The notes below the pieces were generated by a model. That model was not told the DNA's origin, made no database searches, and worked only from the letters and a program-made list of their open reading frames with translations. A stretch of 63,344 bases of DNA, counting the filler, from Octopus bimaculoides (Eukaryota): assembly GCF_001194135.2 (NCBI RefSeq). It is 10 parts of 10 records of this genome, joined end to end, with 100 filler letters (N's around TTAATTAATTAA, not from the genome) between each part and the next. Parts side by side here need not be neighbours in the genome. Positions count along the whole stretch, not along the records: positions 33,602 to 41,455 come from NC_068992.1; positions 41,556 to 43,326 come from NC_068982.1; positions 43,427 to 44,471 come from NC_069004.1; positions 44,572 to 55,200 come from NC_068994.1; 6 more parts are not named here. One strand, given 5' to 3'. Below, piece by piece: positions 39,108-50,995 of this stretch; the stretch's first letter is position 1, and each line of letters begins with the position of its first letter. Both the position numbers and the translations under genes were made by a program.

Positions 39108-39849
39108 GTGTGTGTGTGTGTGTGTGTGTATGTGTGTGTGTGTGCGTTTGTGTGTGTATACACACACGCATATATACACACATATATCACTTTTCCACAT
39201 ATTCTATAAAAACTCAATATAATCGTACTTTTAGTAATGTACACTCATATTCTTCGTCGAACATTTATTTTGATATTATCTATCCCTGCCATTCTATTTT
39301 ATGTGACTTCGTAATTTTAAACTATATTAAAACCTCATTGTTTTATATACACTTCTACGATTGATAAACAAAAAAAATGTTGAAACTAGTTTGCTATATA
39401 TGTGAATAAATCTATTTAAAGCATGTATGTTTTGCAAATTCCGGTTGCATTTTCAAAACAAATTCTCTTATACTTTTTCCTGCGTGGGAATACACCTCTT
39501 CTTTGGATATATATATATATATCAACATATATAATTGAAAAAATTGGGGTCAACAAGAAGGGGCACATTTATCTATTAAACACTACAACTGTTTCCAGTC
39601 AACGTACTTCTCCAGAAGTGCAAGTACGTGATTATACAACTGTTTTCCTGCATTATGAGATCTAGTTCTGTAAGAGAGAGTGTTCTTGAAATCTTGGATT
39701 TCAAACTGACGGAGACTGTATTTACATATCGCCTAAGAGAACACAACAAGATCTCATGATGCGGGGAAACATTTGCATAATCCAGCACCTGCTCTCATGG
39801 AGAACTACGTTTCGTGGTAACATTTGTTTTGATTAAAAAGTAAATGCCA

Positions 39850-41085
39850 AAATGTATACCTGACAAGGTGTTGAATGTTTTTATCTCCTTTCATGGGTAA
39901 TGGAGCTGCTGTCGTGTCCGGTGGGGAATCTTCGGTTTTCTTTGACGTTTCAGACGGCACAAAGCAAGGTTGTGTTATGGCTCCTGTTTTGTTTGCACTT
40001 TCTTTTCAGTGATGCTGAGGTATGCTTTTAGCGACATACAAAGTGGTGTCGAATTCCAGTTTCGAACACGTGGCGGACTATTCAATCATCAGCGTTTGCA
40101 AGTCAGAACTCTGCTACGCACCAATATCATTTGTTATTTACTTTTTGCAGATGATGCTGCACTCTTTAGAGGAAGTTCAGGAAATTCTAAACTGGTTTTC
40201 TTCTGCACGTAAAACCTTTCGTTTGACCATCAGTATAAAGAAGACCAACCTTACCTTGCTCCTAAACAATTTCGAGGTGTCAAGCAGAAGCCGCCGGTTC
40301 ACAATTTTCCTGACACTCCTACACAGGTTGATGGGAAAAGCCTAAATTATGTAAACTCATTTACATATCATGGTAGTAAAGTGAACTTGCGCGCTTCGCT
40401 TGATGATGAAATCGTCAATCACCTTGCAAAGGCAACCAATGCATTTGGCTAACTCCGTCATTGCCTATGGTATGAAAGTGGCATCAAACTTGACACCAAA
40501 GTACAGGTCTAGAAAGCAGCCATTCTTACTATTCTCTTGTATGGCTCAGAATTGTGGATACCCATAGACAACACACGCAAATACTGTCTCAGGACAATCT
40601 GTGGTTACTCAGTAAAAGACAAAGTGTCTAATGCTGACTTGTTTAGGAAGTCTAAGATTGGTGGAACTGAGAGCTTCCATATGCAATCACAATTCCGCTG
40701 GCCTGGCCATGTCGTCAGAATGAGTGAGGAAAGAATAAACAGAGTCCTCATTTACGGCCAGCTTCGCAGTGGGCACAGGAATGTTAGACGACTATGGCTC
40801 AGATATAAGGACAAGCTGAAGAGTAACCTCTTAGTGATGAAGATAGCTAACAGTATCTTTGAGCGAACAGCATTCGTACGAACAAAATGGAGATTTTTGT
40901 GTCAAAATGGTATTAAAAACTTTGTTTGCCCCAGCAATAACAAGCTTCAGGGTGGAAGGCAAGGGAGAAAAGCGTCTGCAAATATACCACCTGCACTGAC
41001 CTGTAATTCTCATACTTGCAACATCTGTGGCCTTCTTTGAAAATCGTTGGTGAGACTTAAATGTCATATTAGACATAAGCATTAT
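39850..41085 (+). mobile_element. Decayed RTE-clade LINE, reverse transcriptase to C-terminus
   Basis: DGTKQGCVMAPVLF, FRTRGGLFNHQRLQ, LLFADDAAL, QFRWPGHVVRMSEERINRVLIYGQL, RYKDKLK, terminal CNICG zinc-finger-like motif; frameshifted. Confidence 0.9.
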
Positions 41086-41400
41086 AACATTCCTCATGTT
41101 TAACGACTTTTGTTCAAAACTCTTTCACTATTGTTATAGTTTATACTTACAATTTAGTCAGCAACATAACCAAAGATTTCGTAACATAAAAAAAAATAAT
41201 AATAAATAAATAAATATTGTTGTAAGCGCAGATCGTTGAATGCGAAACTGTAATTTACCTGTAAAACGTGATGGAATATGTAACTGAGGCTTTCAGAAGT
41301 ATAGTAGAAACCATAAACCAATTATTGTTGGAGATCTCTACACGACATTAGGTTCAATAAGAAATCGTAACGATTCGAAGAATGAAAATTTTTGAGACAA

Positions 41401-41455
<55 letters not shown>

Positions 41456-41589
41456 NNNNNNNNNNNNNNNNNNNNNNNNNNNNNNNNNNNNNNNNNNNNT
41501 TAATTAATTAANNNNNNNNNNNNNNNNNNNNNNNNNNNNNNNNNNNNNNNNNNNNAACACAGACGCACAAACATATACATATACATATA

Positions 41590-42002
41590 TACGACGGGCT
41601 TCTTTTAGTTTCCGTCTACAAAATCCAGTCACAACGCTTTGGTCGGCCCGACGCTATAGCAGAAGACACATGCCCAAGGTGCCACACAGTGGGAGAGAAC
41701 CCGGAACCTTGTGGTTGGGAAGCAAGCTTCTTATTTCTTTATTTCTTTATTTCTTTATTGCCCACAAGGGGCTAAACATAGAGGGGACAAACAAGGACAG
41801 ACAAAGGGGTTAAGTCGATTACATCGACCCCAGTGCGTAACTGGTACTTAATTTATCGACCCCGAAAGGATTAAAAGCAAAGTCGACCTCGGTGGAATTT
41901 GAACTCAGAACATTAAGACAGACAAAATACCGCTAAGCATTTCGCCCGGCGTGCTAACGTTTCTGCCATTTTGCCGCCTTACCACACAGCCACGCCTGCG
42001 CC
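41590..42002 (-). mobile_element. SINE family B 5' half, interrupted by a nested SINE family A
   Basis: Family B sequence breaks at gcaagcttctta and resumes at ccacacagccacgcctgcgcc. Confidence 0.85.
41734..41978 (-). mobile_element. Full-length SINE family A nested in SINE B
   Basis: Complete head to (AAAGAAAT)n tail, flanked by duplicated ctta (41730-41733 and 41978-41981). Confidence 0.9.
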
Positions 42003-42253
42003 TATCGGTAGTTCATATATGCGGAAAGGAAGCACACCCGAAAGCATTAGAGCAGTAATGTATTTGTTAGGAAGTTAAAAGTTATGGCCGGTCATAGAGT
42101 GGTCATTAGTTTTGCACCTATAAAGCACTTAGCAGTATAGGTGACTCGTCAGACTCAATCATTTGAGTCTAACGAGTCACCTATACTGTAAAGCGATTTA
42201 TATGTGAGAAACCAAAGGTCAGTCTATGACCCAACCATAACTTTTAACCTCCA

Positions 42254-42299
<46 letters not shown>

Positions 42300-42324
42300 C
42301 CTACCTACCTACCTACCTATCTAC

Positions 42325-42380
<56 letters not shown>

Positions 42381-42872
42381 ATTAGAACAATAACGTGTAT
42401 TTGATTTTATTTTTGAATTTGTACGAATAAATTTGTTGTGGTTATCAAGATTTCAATCTGTTTCTTGAAACATACGCGCGCGCGCGCGCTAAATCAATAT
42501 GTCTATCTTTGGTAGAAGCATGAAAGTTCCAGAAATATAAATCTATTGAACTGACCCAAATTCACTACTGCTACTTTTACTTTTACTGAAACGGAATGAA
42601 AGGTAAAATGTAACTCTGTTATAGAATTTAAACCAGATTATGATAAATTAGCGGTCCTATATGTCGGCAGACATATAGTAATACAATTAAGGGCTTTAGA
42701 AATCCATAAAATTTCTAGAGAGTTTTGGAAAACATGTTGTTTATGATTATGTTATACAAGTCGATGCGATAGTTTTGTCTCTCATATATCAATACATATT
42801 TTACATATATTTATCATTCTTTAACAAGAATAATATTGACCTAACTTCTACTGAGAGAATCACGAATTTGAA

Positions 42873-43064
42873 CAGCAGGTCTCCAAGGTGTACAGCCTCT
42901 CGTCGATGGCGCCAATGTAGGTAAAGGAAGTCGGCAAAATGGATCCGTACCTTCGGAAGAAGGATTGGCTCCGAAGACCGGGTCGGTCGGGCCGTGTGTG
43001 TTGCCGCGCTCCCGCGCGGTTGCGTCGACCTTCGCTCGGCGTCGCGCCTCCACCGCCGGGCGCC
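42873..43064 (+). pseudogene. Dispersed 28S (LSU) rRNA fragment
   Basis: cagcaggtctccaaggtgtacagcctct...aatgtaggtaaaggaagtcggcaaaatggatccgtaccttcgg...aaggattggctc matches the conserved eukaryotic LSU core, followed by a GC-rich expansion-segment-like stretch; AT-rich non-rDNA flanks. Confidence 0.9.
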
Positions 43065-43194
43065 AGAATATGTCTTCACGCGAAGCGGCAGACCGGTACA
43101 AGGCAAAAATATAGTGAGTCTAATGTAAAATTGTTTTTATTGTAACTTAACGTAAAATCGGACATTAATATTTTACACACACGTATATACACTC

Positions 43195-43229
<35 letters not shown>

Positions 43230-43426
43230 CAGTTGTATACTGCTTTATACTACTACTACTACTATTTAGCCCTAAGAAACTGGACCGCTTCCTGTCGGCC
43301 TTGACACATTTCCTGTGTCCTTATATNNNNNNNNNNNNNNNNNNNNNNNNNNNNNNNNNNNNNNNNNNNNTTAATTAATTAANNNNNNNNNNNNNNNNNN
43401 NNNNNNNNNNNNNNNNNNNNNNNNNN

Positions 43427-43475
<49 letters not shown>

Positions 43476-43776
43476 AATATATATTATATAATACAAATAT
43501 ATATATCTTATATAATATATTATATAAAACAAAAATATATATACTGTATATATTATATAAAATAAATATGGTATATATACATTTATATGGTATATATACA
43601 TTTATATAACCAGTCGAAATTACAAAGATAATCTGGAACTCGACTGAGGAAAGAAAACTCCGAATGACCCGTCCTTGTTTTCTTTGTATCGTCTATCTGG
43701 ATGCTTTGTGTTCTTGTCCTATTTTGTATTATATATATATATATATACACACCATATTTATTTTATATATACAGTA

Positions 43777-43807
<31 letters not shown>

Positions 43808-44024
43808 TTTATATTATGCAACATATATATATTTATATTTTACAATATATACTGTATATATATATATATATATATATATAAACACACACACCATATATAT
43901 CTTATATAATATATACAATATATATATGTATATATATACACAATGGCACGTAAAAGCACCCACTGCACTCTCAGAGTGGTTGGCATTAGGAAGGGCATCC
44001 AGCTATAGAAACTCTGCCAAATAC

Positions 44025-44360
44025 AGCTCTCACTAACCATTTATCTATCCCTAGTTTCTGCACTGACCACCAGATAAGGGATTGGGGGACCCTATCAAAG
44101 GCTTTCTCCATGTCAGAATAGCCAAGTACAGAGTTTTATCTTTGGCTAGGAATTTCTCCTGCAGCTGTCTTACCAGAAATATAGCATCAGTGGTGCTTCT
44201 CCCTAGCACAAACCCAAACTGCATCTCATCTAAGCAGACTCTCTCGCTAATTAGCTGGGCAATGACCCTCTCCGTGACTTTCATCACTTGATCCAGCAGT
44301 TTGATACCCCTGTAGTTATTTCTACCTAAGGCATCACCTTTACCTTTGTAGCAATTGACT
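44025..44360 (-). mobile_element. RTE-clade LINE fragment, N-terminal RT region
   Basis: VNCYKGKGDALGRNNYRGIKLLDQVMKVTERVIAQLISERVCLDEMQFGFVLGRSTTDAIFLVRQLQEKFLAK, then MEKAFDRVP after a frameshift. Confidence 0.9.
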
Positions 44361-44440
44361 ATATATACACCACCATATGTATATATGTATATATATATAT
44401 ATATATATATACATACACCACCATATATATATATATATAA

Positions 44441-44471
<31 letters not shown>

Positions 44472-44932
44472 NNNNNNNNNNNNNNNNNNNNNNNNNNNNN
44501 NNNNNNNNNNNNNNNTTAATTAATTAANNNNNNNNNNNNNNNNNNNNNNNNNNNNNNNNNNNNNNNNNNNNTATATATATATATATATATATATGTAAAT
44601 ATATATGAATGTATACGTATATATATATATATATTTACGTGTATATACATCTATATATATACATACATACATACTTGCACACATACAAACTTGCATACAT
44701 ACATACATACATATATACATGCATACATACTTGCATACATACATATATAATTGCATACATACATATACGCATTTGTGTATCTTAAATACATGTTAATTCA
44801 ATTACATGCTAGGAAACCACAGAAATTTACCTAAGCATCGTATCATATTTTCTCCTGTCACAAACAGAAAATGGTGTCTATCAGTGTTTTGTTTTGTTTA
44901 TTGAAATTGTCTATATTCTCTATTGCTGCAAA

Positions 44933-44933
<1 letters not shown>

Positions 44934-45021
<88 letters not shown>
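44934..45021. repeat. (GTT)n trinucleotide tract
   Basis: Direct sequence. Confidence 0.95.
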
Positions 45022-45022
<1 letters not shown>

Positions 45023-46423
45023 CGATGCAGTTGTTATGATATATCTTGTTATAAATCATTGACGTGGTTGTTATTCAGTTGGAATGCTCATGTACGTAAT
45101 GCTTTAGGCAGTGTGGTTAACAAGCTTGCTTTACAACCATGTAGTTTCGTGTTCAGCTACCCACTGCACATCATCTCGGGCAAGGATTTTATATGACCTA
45201 TAGCTCTGAGTTGACCAATGCCTTGTGAGTAAAATTGTTTGGTGGAAACTGCGTAGAGGTACCTCGTGTATGTATATATGTGTGTCTCTGTGCGCGCACC
45301 CGGTGTGTGTCTGCATGTATGTATCTATCTATCTCTACATATATATATATATATATATATGCTATAGTATGCACATACATACAAACACACACACTAATAT
45401 ATGTATGTATGTATATATATATATATATATATATGTATATAAGACGATATAATTCGAAAAAATTCCAAACGGTGAATTATACTTGAAATAAAGGGGAAAA
45501 CGCACTGGAATTATTATGCTGGACAAAAAATATTTACGAGATAAAATGTTTATATTATCAACCGGTTTCTAATTGTCAGAGCTATTCATAATTGAGCAAA
45601 TAGTGATGATATTATAAACTCATACTTAATTGTTACTTGCTGAGATTCGATGTCGGTAGGAGTTCTGATATTTTGTAAATATATTTTGTCAATATATCTA
45701 TTGTCGCTGAGGTAAACAATGATTGTTATTATTAGAAGCAGTGGAGACCATTAATCATATTTGGACAAAATAAATATATTATATATAGCTTTGTTATATA
45801 TAAAAGTGGAATTAATTGTATTGAATTAACTGATTGGATGAAACAGTTATCAAAAGTGATTTTATCTTCATATTTAGGCATAGTCGATATTATTCAATGA
45901 ATGTAGTTTCTTTCTTAATCTACTGTTTTTCTGAAGTTATTCCATTGAGTTGATATAAAATGGACATTTTGAAGCTCTGTTAGAGATTTCGAGCACATCT
46001 ATCCATGAGTTCGTTAAGTGATAATTGTCAATGTCTTCGGGGGCGAATTTATTTTCTATGTAGTGTCATTATGTGAATCCTGTTTGACTTATATAGTTAT
46101 TACCATATCCTCAAGAAGCTATAACATAGATTAAGTTTTGGGATGCACAAGTAAAAGTCATTTACTACTTTGACCGGCGTGGCATATATATATATGTATA
46201 AATGTATACATACATGTATACTTATCGTATATTTTGTGTATATACATCCACCCATACATATGCAAATATGTGTGTGTATTTGTGTGTGTCTGTGTTTGTC
46301 CCCCACTATCGCTTGACAACCGGTATTGGTGTGTTCACATCACCGCAATTTATTTGTTTTTATATAGAATACAAACAAATATCGGGCGAAGAAAAACGGG
46401 GATAAATTATTAGTCACCAAATA

Positions 46424-47060
46424 ATTACTGCCACCGCTGTAAGAGAACGTGGGGCTAGACGAAGAAGAGCACCACCTACATTCACGATAGTTGCATGGAA
46501 TGTTAATCAAGGTATTCTACAAGATCTTCCCACAATAAATAATGTCGTGGAAGGATTTCACTCTGCAATGAAACGTTCGGAGGGTGGAGGACATTTGAAT
46601 GTTTGGAAATTATTCAAAACTTTGAAGGAATAGGGAGAATTCGTTTTAGGTAAAATGACTCAAATTCTTCAAGGAGATCCGTCGAATTCGTGTGCACGAT
46701 ATCGAAGGATAACTGAATGCCTCCAAAGGCTGGTCATTGAATATGGGTCAAGAATGAAATATATTTTGAAGAATGTGGCATTTACTTTGCTTCAGTCTTA
46801 ACTGATCATAATAAATCATTAGTTATATCTTATTACTTTTTAAAATGACATTTTTTTAAATATATTTTTCCACGGTATTTTACTTGAATCCTATCAATAA
46901 AATTCTCAATGATCTTTGATTTTGATGTTCACCATGTTTTGTTAATGAGTTCATTTAAAATTGGACAAAGAGTCGTTGGACAAAAAAAAAATCATTGGAG
47001 AAAAAAGACGTGGGACGAAGTGACGTTGGACAACATGAAATCGGACGAAAAGTCGGGTCA
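46424..47060 (+). mobile_element. Mutator-like (MULE) transposon 3' end: transposase C-terminus plus subterminal repeats
   Basis: 46424-46801 reads RRRRAPPTFTIVAWNVNQGILQDLPTINNVVEGFHSAMKRSEGGGHLNVWKLFKTLKE*...(WNV..LPRTNN.VEGWH-like motif, one stop); 46961-47060 has repeated (t/c)ggac(a/g)aa units. Confidence 0.75.
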
Positions 47061-47229
47061 TGATATTATTACCCTTCACGATCCCGATCAAATGAATAGC
47101 CGCAAAAGCCAAACCTTCTCACACTTAGAAAAATGAGAGAACGCAAGACAGTATCGAAGGACTTAACCACGTAGTTAAAGGCCACCGCCAAACCGCGGAT
47201 CATTTGACCTCCCCATTCTCTCCCCCCAG

Positions 47230-47382
47230 GGAGCACTGAAGAAGCTGGAGCAGCAGGATCGAAATCTCACGGCACCCATTGTTGTTGTTGTTGTTTTGGT
47301 TATTTGCACTTTATTCTTGTTGTTCCTGTTGATGAGGTTAGTGACGTCATCGACGTTGTATTTGTTGGTGTTTCGTCGTTAT
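47230..47382 (+). other. Candidate phase-symmetric internal exon (unverified)
   Basis: tttgac + pyrimidine tract + cag acceptor, 153-nt open frame, GTAAGT donor. Confidence 0.25.
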
Positions 47383-48314
47383 GTAAGTTTAATTCAAAAC
47401 AAATCGCGTTAATTTATATAATAAAAAAAAAAGACGTGATTATGACTTCGGAAACTGAGAAGGATGAAATGGTTAAAAGTGTGTAGGTCTGAATATGTGT
47501 GGGAGTGCGCATGTGCACGCATGCGTATTCCTGCAATCGTGTGTGTGTGCACGCGCGCGCCTTTNNNNNNNNNNNNNNNNNNNNNNNNNNNNNNNNNNNN
47601 NNNNNNNNNNNNNNNNNNNNNNNNNNNNNNNNNNNNNNNNNNNNNNNNNNNNNNNNNNNNNNNNNNNNNNNNNNNNNNNNNNNNNNNNNNNNNNNNNNNN
47701 NNNNNNNNNNNNNNNNNNNNNNNNNNNNNNNNNNNNNNNNNNNNNNNNNNNNNNNNNNNNNNNNNNNNNNNNNNNNNNNNNNNNNNNNNNNNNNNNNNNN
47801 NNNNNNNNNNNNNNNNNNNNNNNNNNNNNNNNNNNNNNNNNNNNNNNNNNNNNNNNNNNNNNNNNNNNNNNNNNNNNNNNNNNNNNNNNNNNNNNNNNNN
47901 NNNNNNNNNNNNNNNNNNNNNNNNNNNNNNNNNNNNNNNNNNNNNNNNNNNNNNNNNNNNNNNNNNNNNNNNNNNNNNNNNNNNNNNNNNNNNNNNNNNN
48001 NNNNNNNNNNNNNNNNNNNNNNNNNNNNNNNNNNNNNNNNNNNNNNNNNNNNNNNNNNNNNNNNNNNNNNNNNNATATATATATATATATATATAGTTGA
48101 CTATGACTCTGTAAGAGTGCTCGTGGCAGCGCGAGCGGATGCGCGTGAGCGTGAGTGTATACGCAACTGCCAACACTTTTGTATGCATTTACGTTTGTAT
48201 GTGTCAATATACGACTGTGTCAGATTACTTGGATTAGTGTACGCTTGTATACAAATACATGTACACGGTATATGTGACTGTTTTTCTACGTGTGTGCCTG
48301 TGTGTATGTGTGTG

Positions 48315-48348
<34 letters not shown>

Positions 48349-49047
48349 AACACACACAGTCATTTTATGAATGACAGTATGTGCTGGTGTCCGAATATGT
48401 GTGTAACGTAGTGTGTTATTTATGTGGGTGCTTATAATGTAACCGCGTATGTTTTCGTATTTGTGTATATATTTATGTGTGTGTATATGTGTGTATGTAT
48501 AGATGTGTGAATGTGTTTGTGCATAGTTGCGTGTAGGTCTGCTTGTGTGTGGTTGTGTGCACGTGCAAAGGCCAACACACAATAGAGATGTTTCTTTTCA
48601 ATAAGACTTCTCAACAGAAAGAAATTAAAAAAGTAAAAAATTACACCGTTGCCATTGTAGCAGGTATTTTGTCACAAGAATTGAATCATGGTATTTACGT
48701 TCATCAATATAACATTATCTGTTGAGAATAACAAAAACCTCTCATTATAAAGGTGGTCGGTCTCTCAATTGGAAAAGCGGTGGAGGAGAAAATGTGTTGC
48801 ATTCTCTGTTCCTTTTTATGTTCAGCGTTCAAATTTTGTCGAGATCGACTTTGATATTCCAACATCCAGGAGTTGATAGACAATACAATGTATTGTTTGA
48901 TTGCATCACTTTAGGTTCTCTGCGTTCAACTAAACCAACTACCTCTTAACATATGTATATTATATATATATATTCGTCGTTACTGGAATGGCTTCCCTCA
49001 CGAACGAATCGACTTCATCAGACTTGATGTAGAGCAAAACAACAATC

Positions 49048-49240
49048 CTTTCTACTATAGGCATAAGGTCTGAAGTTTTGAGAAAAGGGGCAAGGTGATT
49101 ACAGTGATTACACCTGCTAATTATTTCAACGACTGCAAAAAGGATGAGAGGCAAAGTTGACCTCGACGGAACTTGAACTCAGAAAGTAAAGGCGTGCTAA
49201 TGATTCTGTCCGGTGTGCTAATGATTCTGCCACCTCGCCG
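49048..49240 (-). mobile_element. SINE family A, diverged
   Basis: ggcaaagttgacctcgacggaacttgaactcagaa...gtgctaatgattctgccacctcgccg. Confidence 0.75.
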
Positions 49241-49266
49241 ATTTCTAATAGTAAAAATCCGGAAGT

Positions 49267-49460
49267 CGGTGAACTGGCAGAATCGTTAACACGGCGGGCA
49301 AAATGCTTCTACCTTAACGTTCTGAGTTCAAATTCCGCCGAGGTCGTCTTTGTATTTCAATCTTTCTGTGCCGATAAAATATGTACCAGTTGACCACAGT
49401 GGTCGACTTAGCCCTCCACTTAAAAAATGCTGGCCTTATACTAATATTTGAAAGCAATAT
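49267..49460 (+). mobile_element. SINE family A
   Basis: cggtgaactggcagaatcgttaacacggcgggcaaaatgctt...gttctgagttcaaattccgccgaggtcg. Confidence 0.85.
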
Positions 49461-50749
49461 TTCGTGCATTTTAGATTTCTCTGCTTCTAAAAGATACATT
49501 GACTATATATTTTTTTTTTAAAGTATAGAGATTTTGGAAACGAAATTTTTCGAATACGACCAAAGAGTGACATTGTACGAATCTGGCATTCAGCTGCATG
49601 ATTTTTAATTGGGCATGCACTTATTAGAATTTGACATTCACGCCTTGAATTTACAATATTTTGTCCCGGTATTATTTTAACTAAAGAAAAATATTTTTAT
49701 GAATCAAAACGTGAAAAATTCATTGAACATCATGCGGCAGGGCTTTTTACCAAAATATTTTTATTGCCTTCTCTTATATACTTTAACTGTTCAGCAGTCG
49801 CTCATTTGATTCAGGATAGTGTCTAATACAAGTTATTTTAACCTTGATATTAACATAGAAAAATGTATTTGTAAATTAAATAAATTGTATATTTTCATAA
49901 AGAAACTACTCTGACCTTCCTTATCTCAACTATCCCTTCATAATTGTGGGTTAAGTTAATTAATGTTTGGTTAGTTTATCTCTAAGAATATACAAAACAC
50001 GGATCGTCAATGTGCTTTTCATTCTTTGTCAATTTAATGTTTATCAAATTGACGGATTGATTATTCATACATCCAAGATCTCTAATATTTCTGCCATATT
50101 GTTACCTAAGAACATGAATAGGTGATATTTGATGGCATGAAAGACATATAGGCATTTTAGACACACACCCAATCTCAGCAGGACATACTCAGAGAAAGTG
50201 AAGCGTCAAGGATAAGATTAGCATATGAGAGGCTCAGGTTCGCTTATAGGATCCGGAGTGAATTTTGAGACATTTTATTTTGAGAAATAAAGTGCTATAT
50301 TATATACCATGACACACGATAATTATTGAAGTTAAATCATTGTTTTCAGAACGACGGAGAGTATAGACATTTCATTTTCGGAAGTATTGATCTGAATATA
50401 GGCCATCTTCGATTTTTCACTGTTCGCGATTCTAATCTGTCGTCCTTTGGGTTTTTTGGTTTTGAATTGTCAATGATGCTTTCGTAAGCTCTTCGTAAAA
50501 CCGTCTGTTCCTCGGAGAATAAGTGAACCATATTAGTCTGGCCTCTATCCCTTGAGCTGCCCAACATGAGAGACGTGTCAAGAGCTTAAGCCCAACTGAC
50601 GTAACTCACGGGGTCATTGAAGCAAGCAAGCTGCCATACCGCAGCATGAACTGGCCCTAGTGATGGGAAATCCTCGGTACGAACATTAGCATTTTATTAA
50701 AGATATACTTCCTTTGATTCTTTAATACACTGTCTTACAATCCATGCCA

Positions 50750-50995
50750 TTGTAGGGCAGAATTCGTGACGGACGAACTGTAGGGCAGGATTCGTGACAG
50801 ACGAACTGTAGACAGAAACTTCGCTGCGGANNNNNNNNNNNNNNNNNNNNNNNNNNNNNNNNNNNNNNNNNNNNNNNNNNNNNNNNNNNNNNNNNNNNNN
50901 NNNNNNNNNNNNNNTTGTAGGGCAGAATTCGTGACGGACGAACTGTAGGGCAGGATTCGTGACAGACGAACTGTAGACAGAAACTTCGCTGCGGA
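50750..50995. repeat. 28-bp CpG-containing tandem repeat; the same 81-bp block appears on both sides of an N gap
   Basis: tgtagggcagaattcgtgacggacgaac then tgtagggcaggattcgtgacagacgaac; block at 50750-50830 and 50915-50995. Confidence 0.8.

Noticed and set aside
42873-43064. Functional 28S rRNA gene, 28S-derived SINE, or R2/R4 insertion-site junction
   Set aside because: Only about 190 bp, internal rather than 3'-terminal, with no tail and no adjacent retroelement ORF.
43644-43673. Plus-strand ctgagga...ccgaat...gtc hammerhead-like string
   Set aside because: GAAU instead of GAAA, only a 2-bp stem II and no stem III.
45560-45592. Hammerhead-like remnant on minus strand (UUAUGAAU...AGAAACCGGUU)
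   Set aside because: The CUGA core is lost and stem II does not pair; at most a decayed relative of the 37962 motif.
50346-50567. 73-aa minus ORF MLGSSRDRGQ...
   Set aside because: No recognisable motif or splice context; the length is expected by chance.
50750-50995. CRISPR-like array
   Set aside because: Units are contiguous with no unique spacers, the context is eukaryotic and there are no cas genes.
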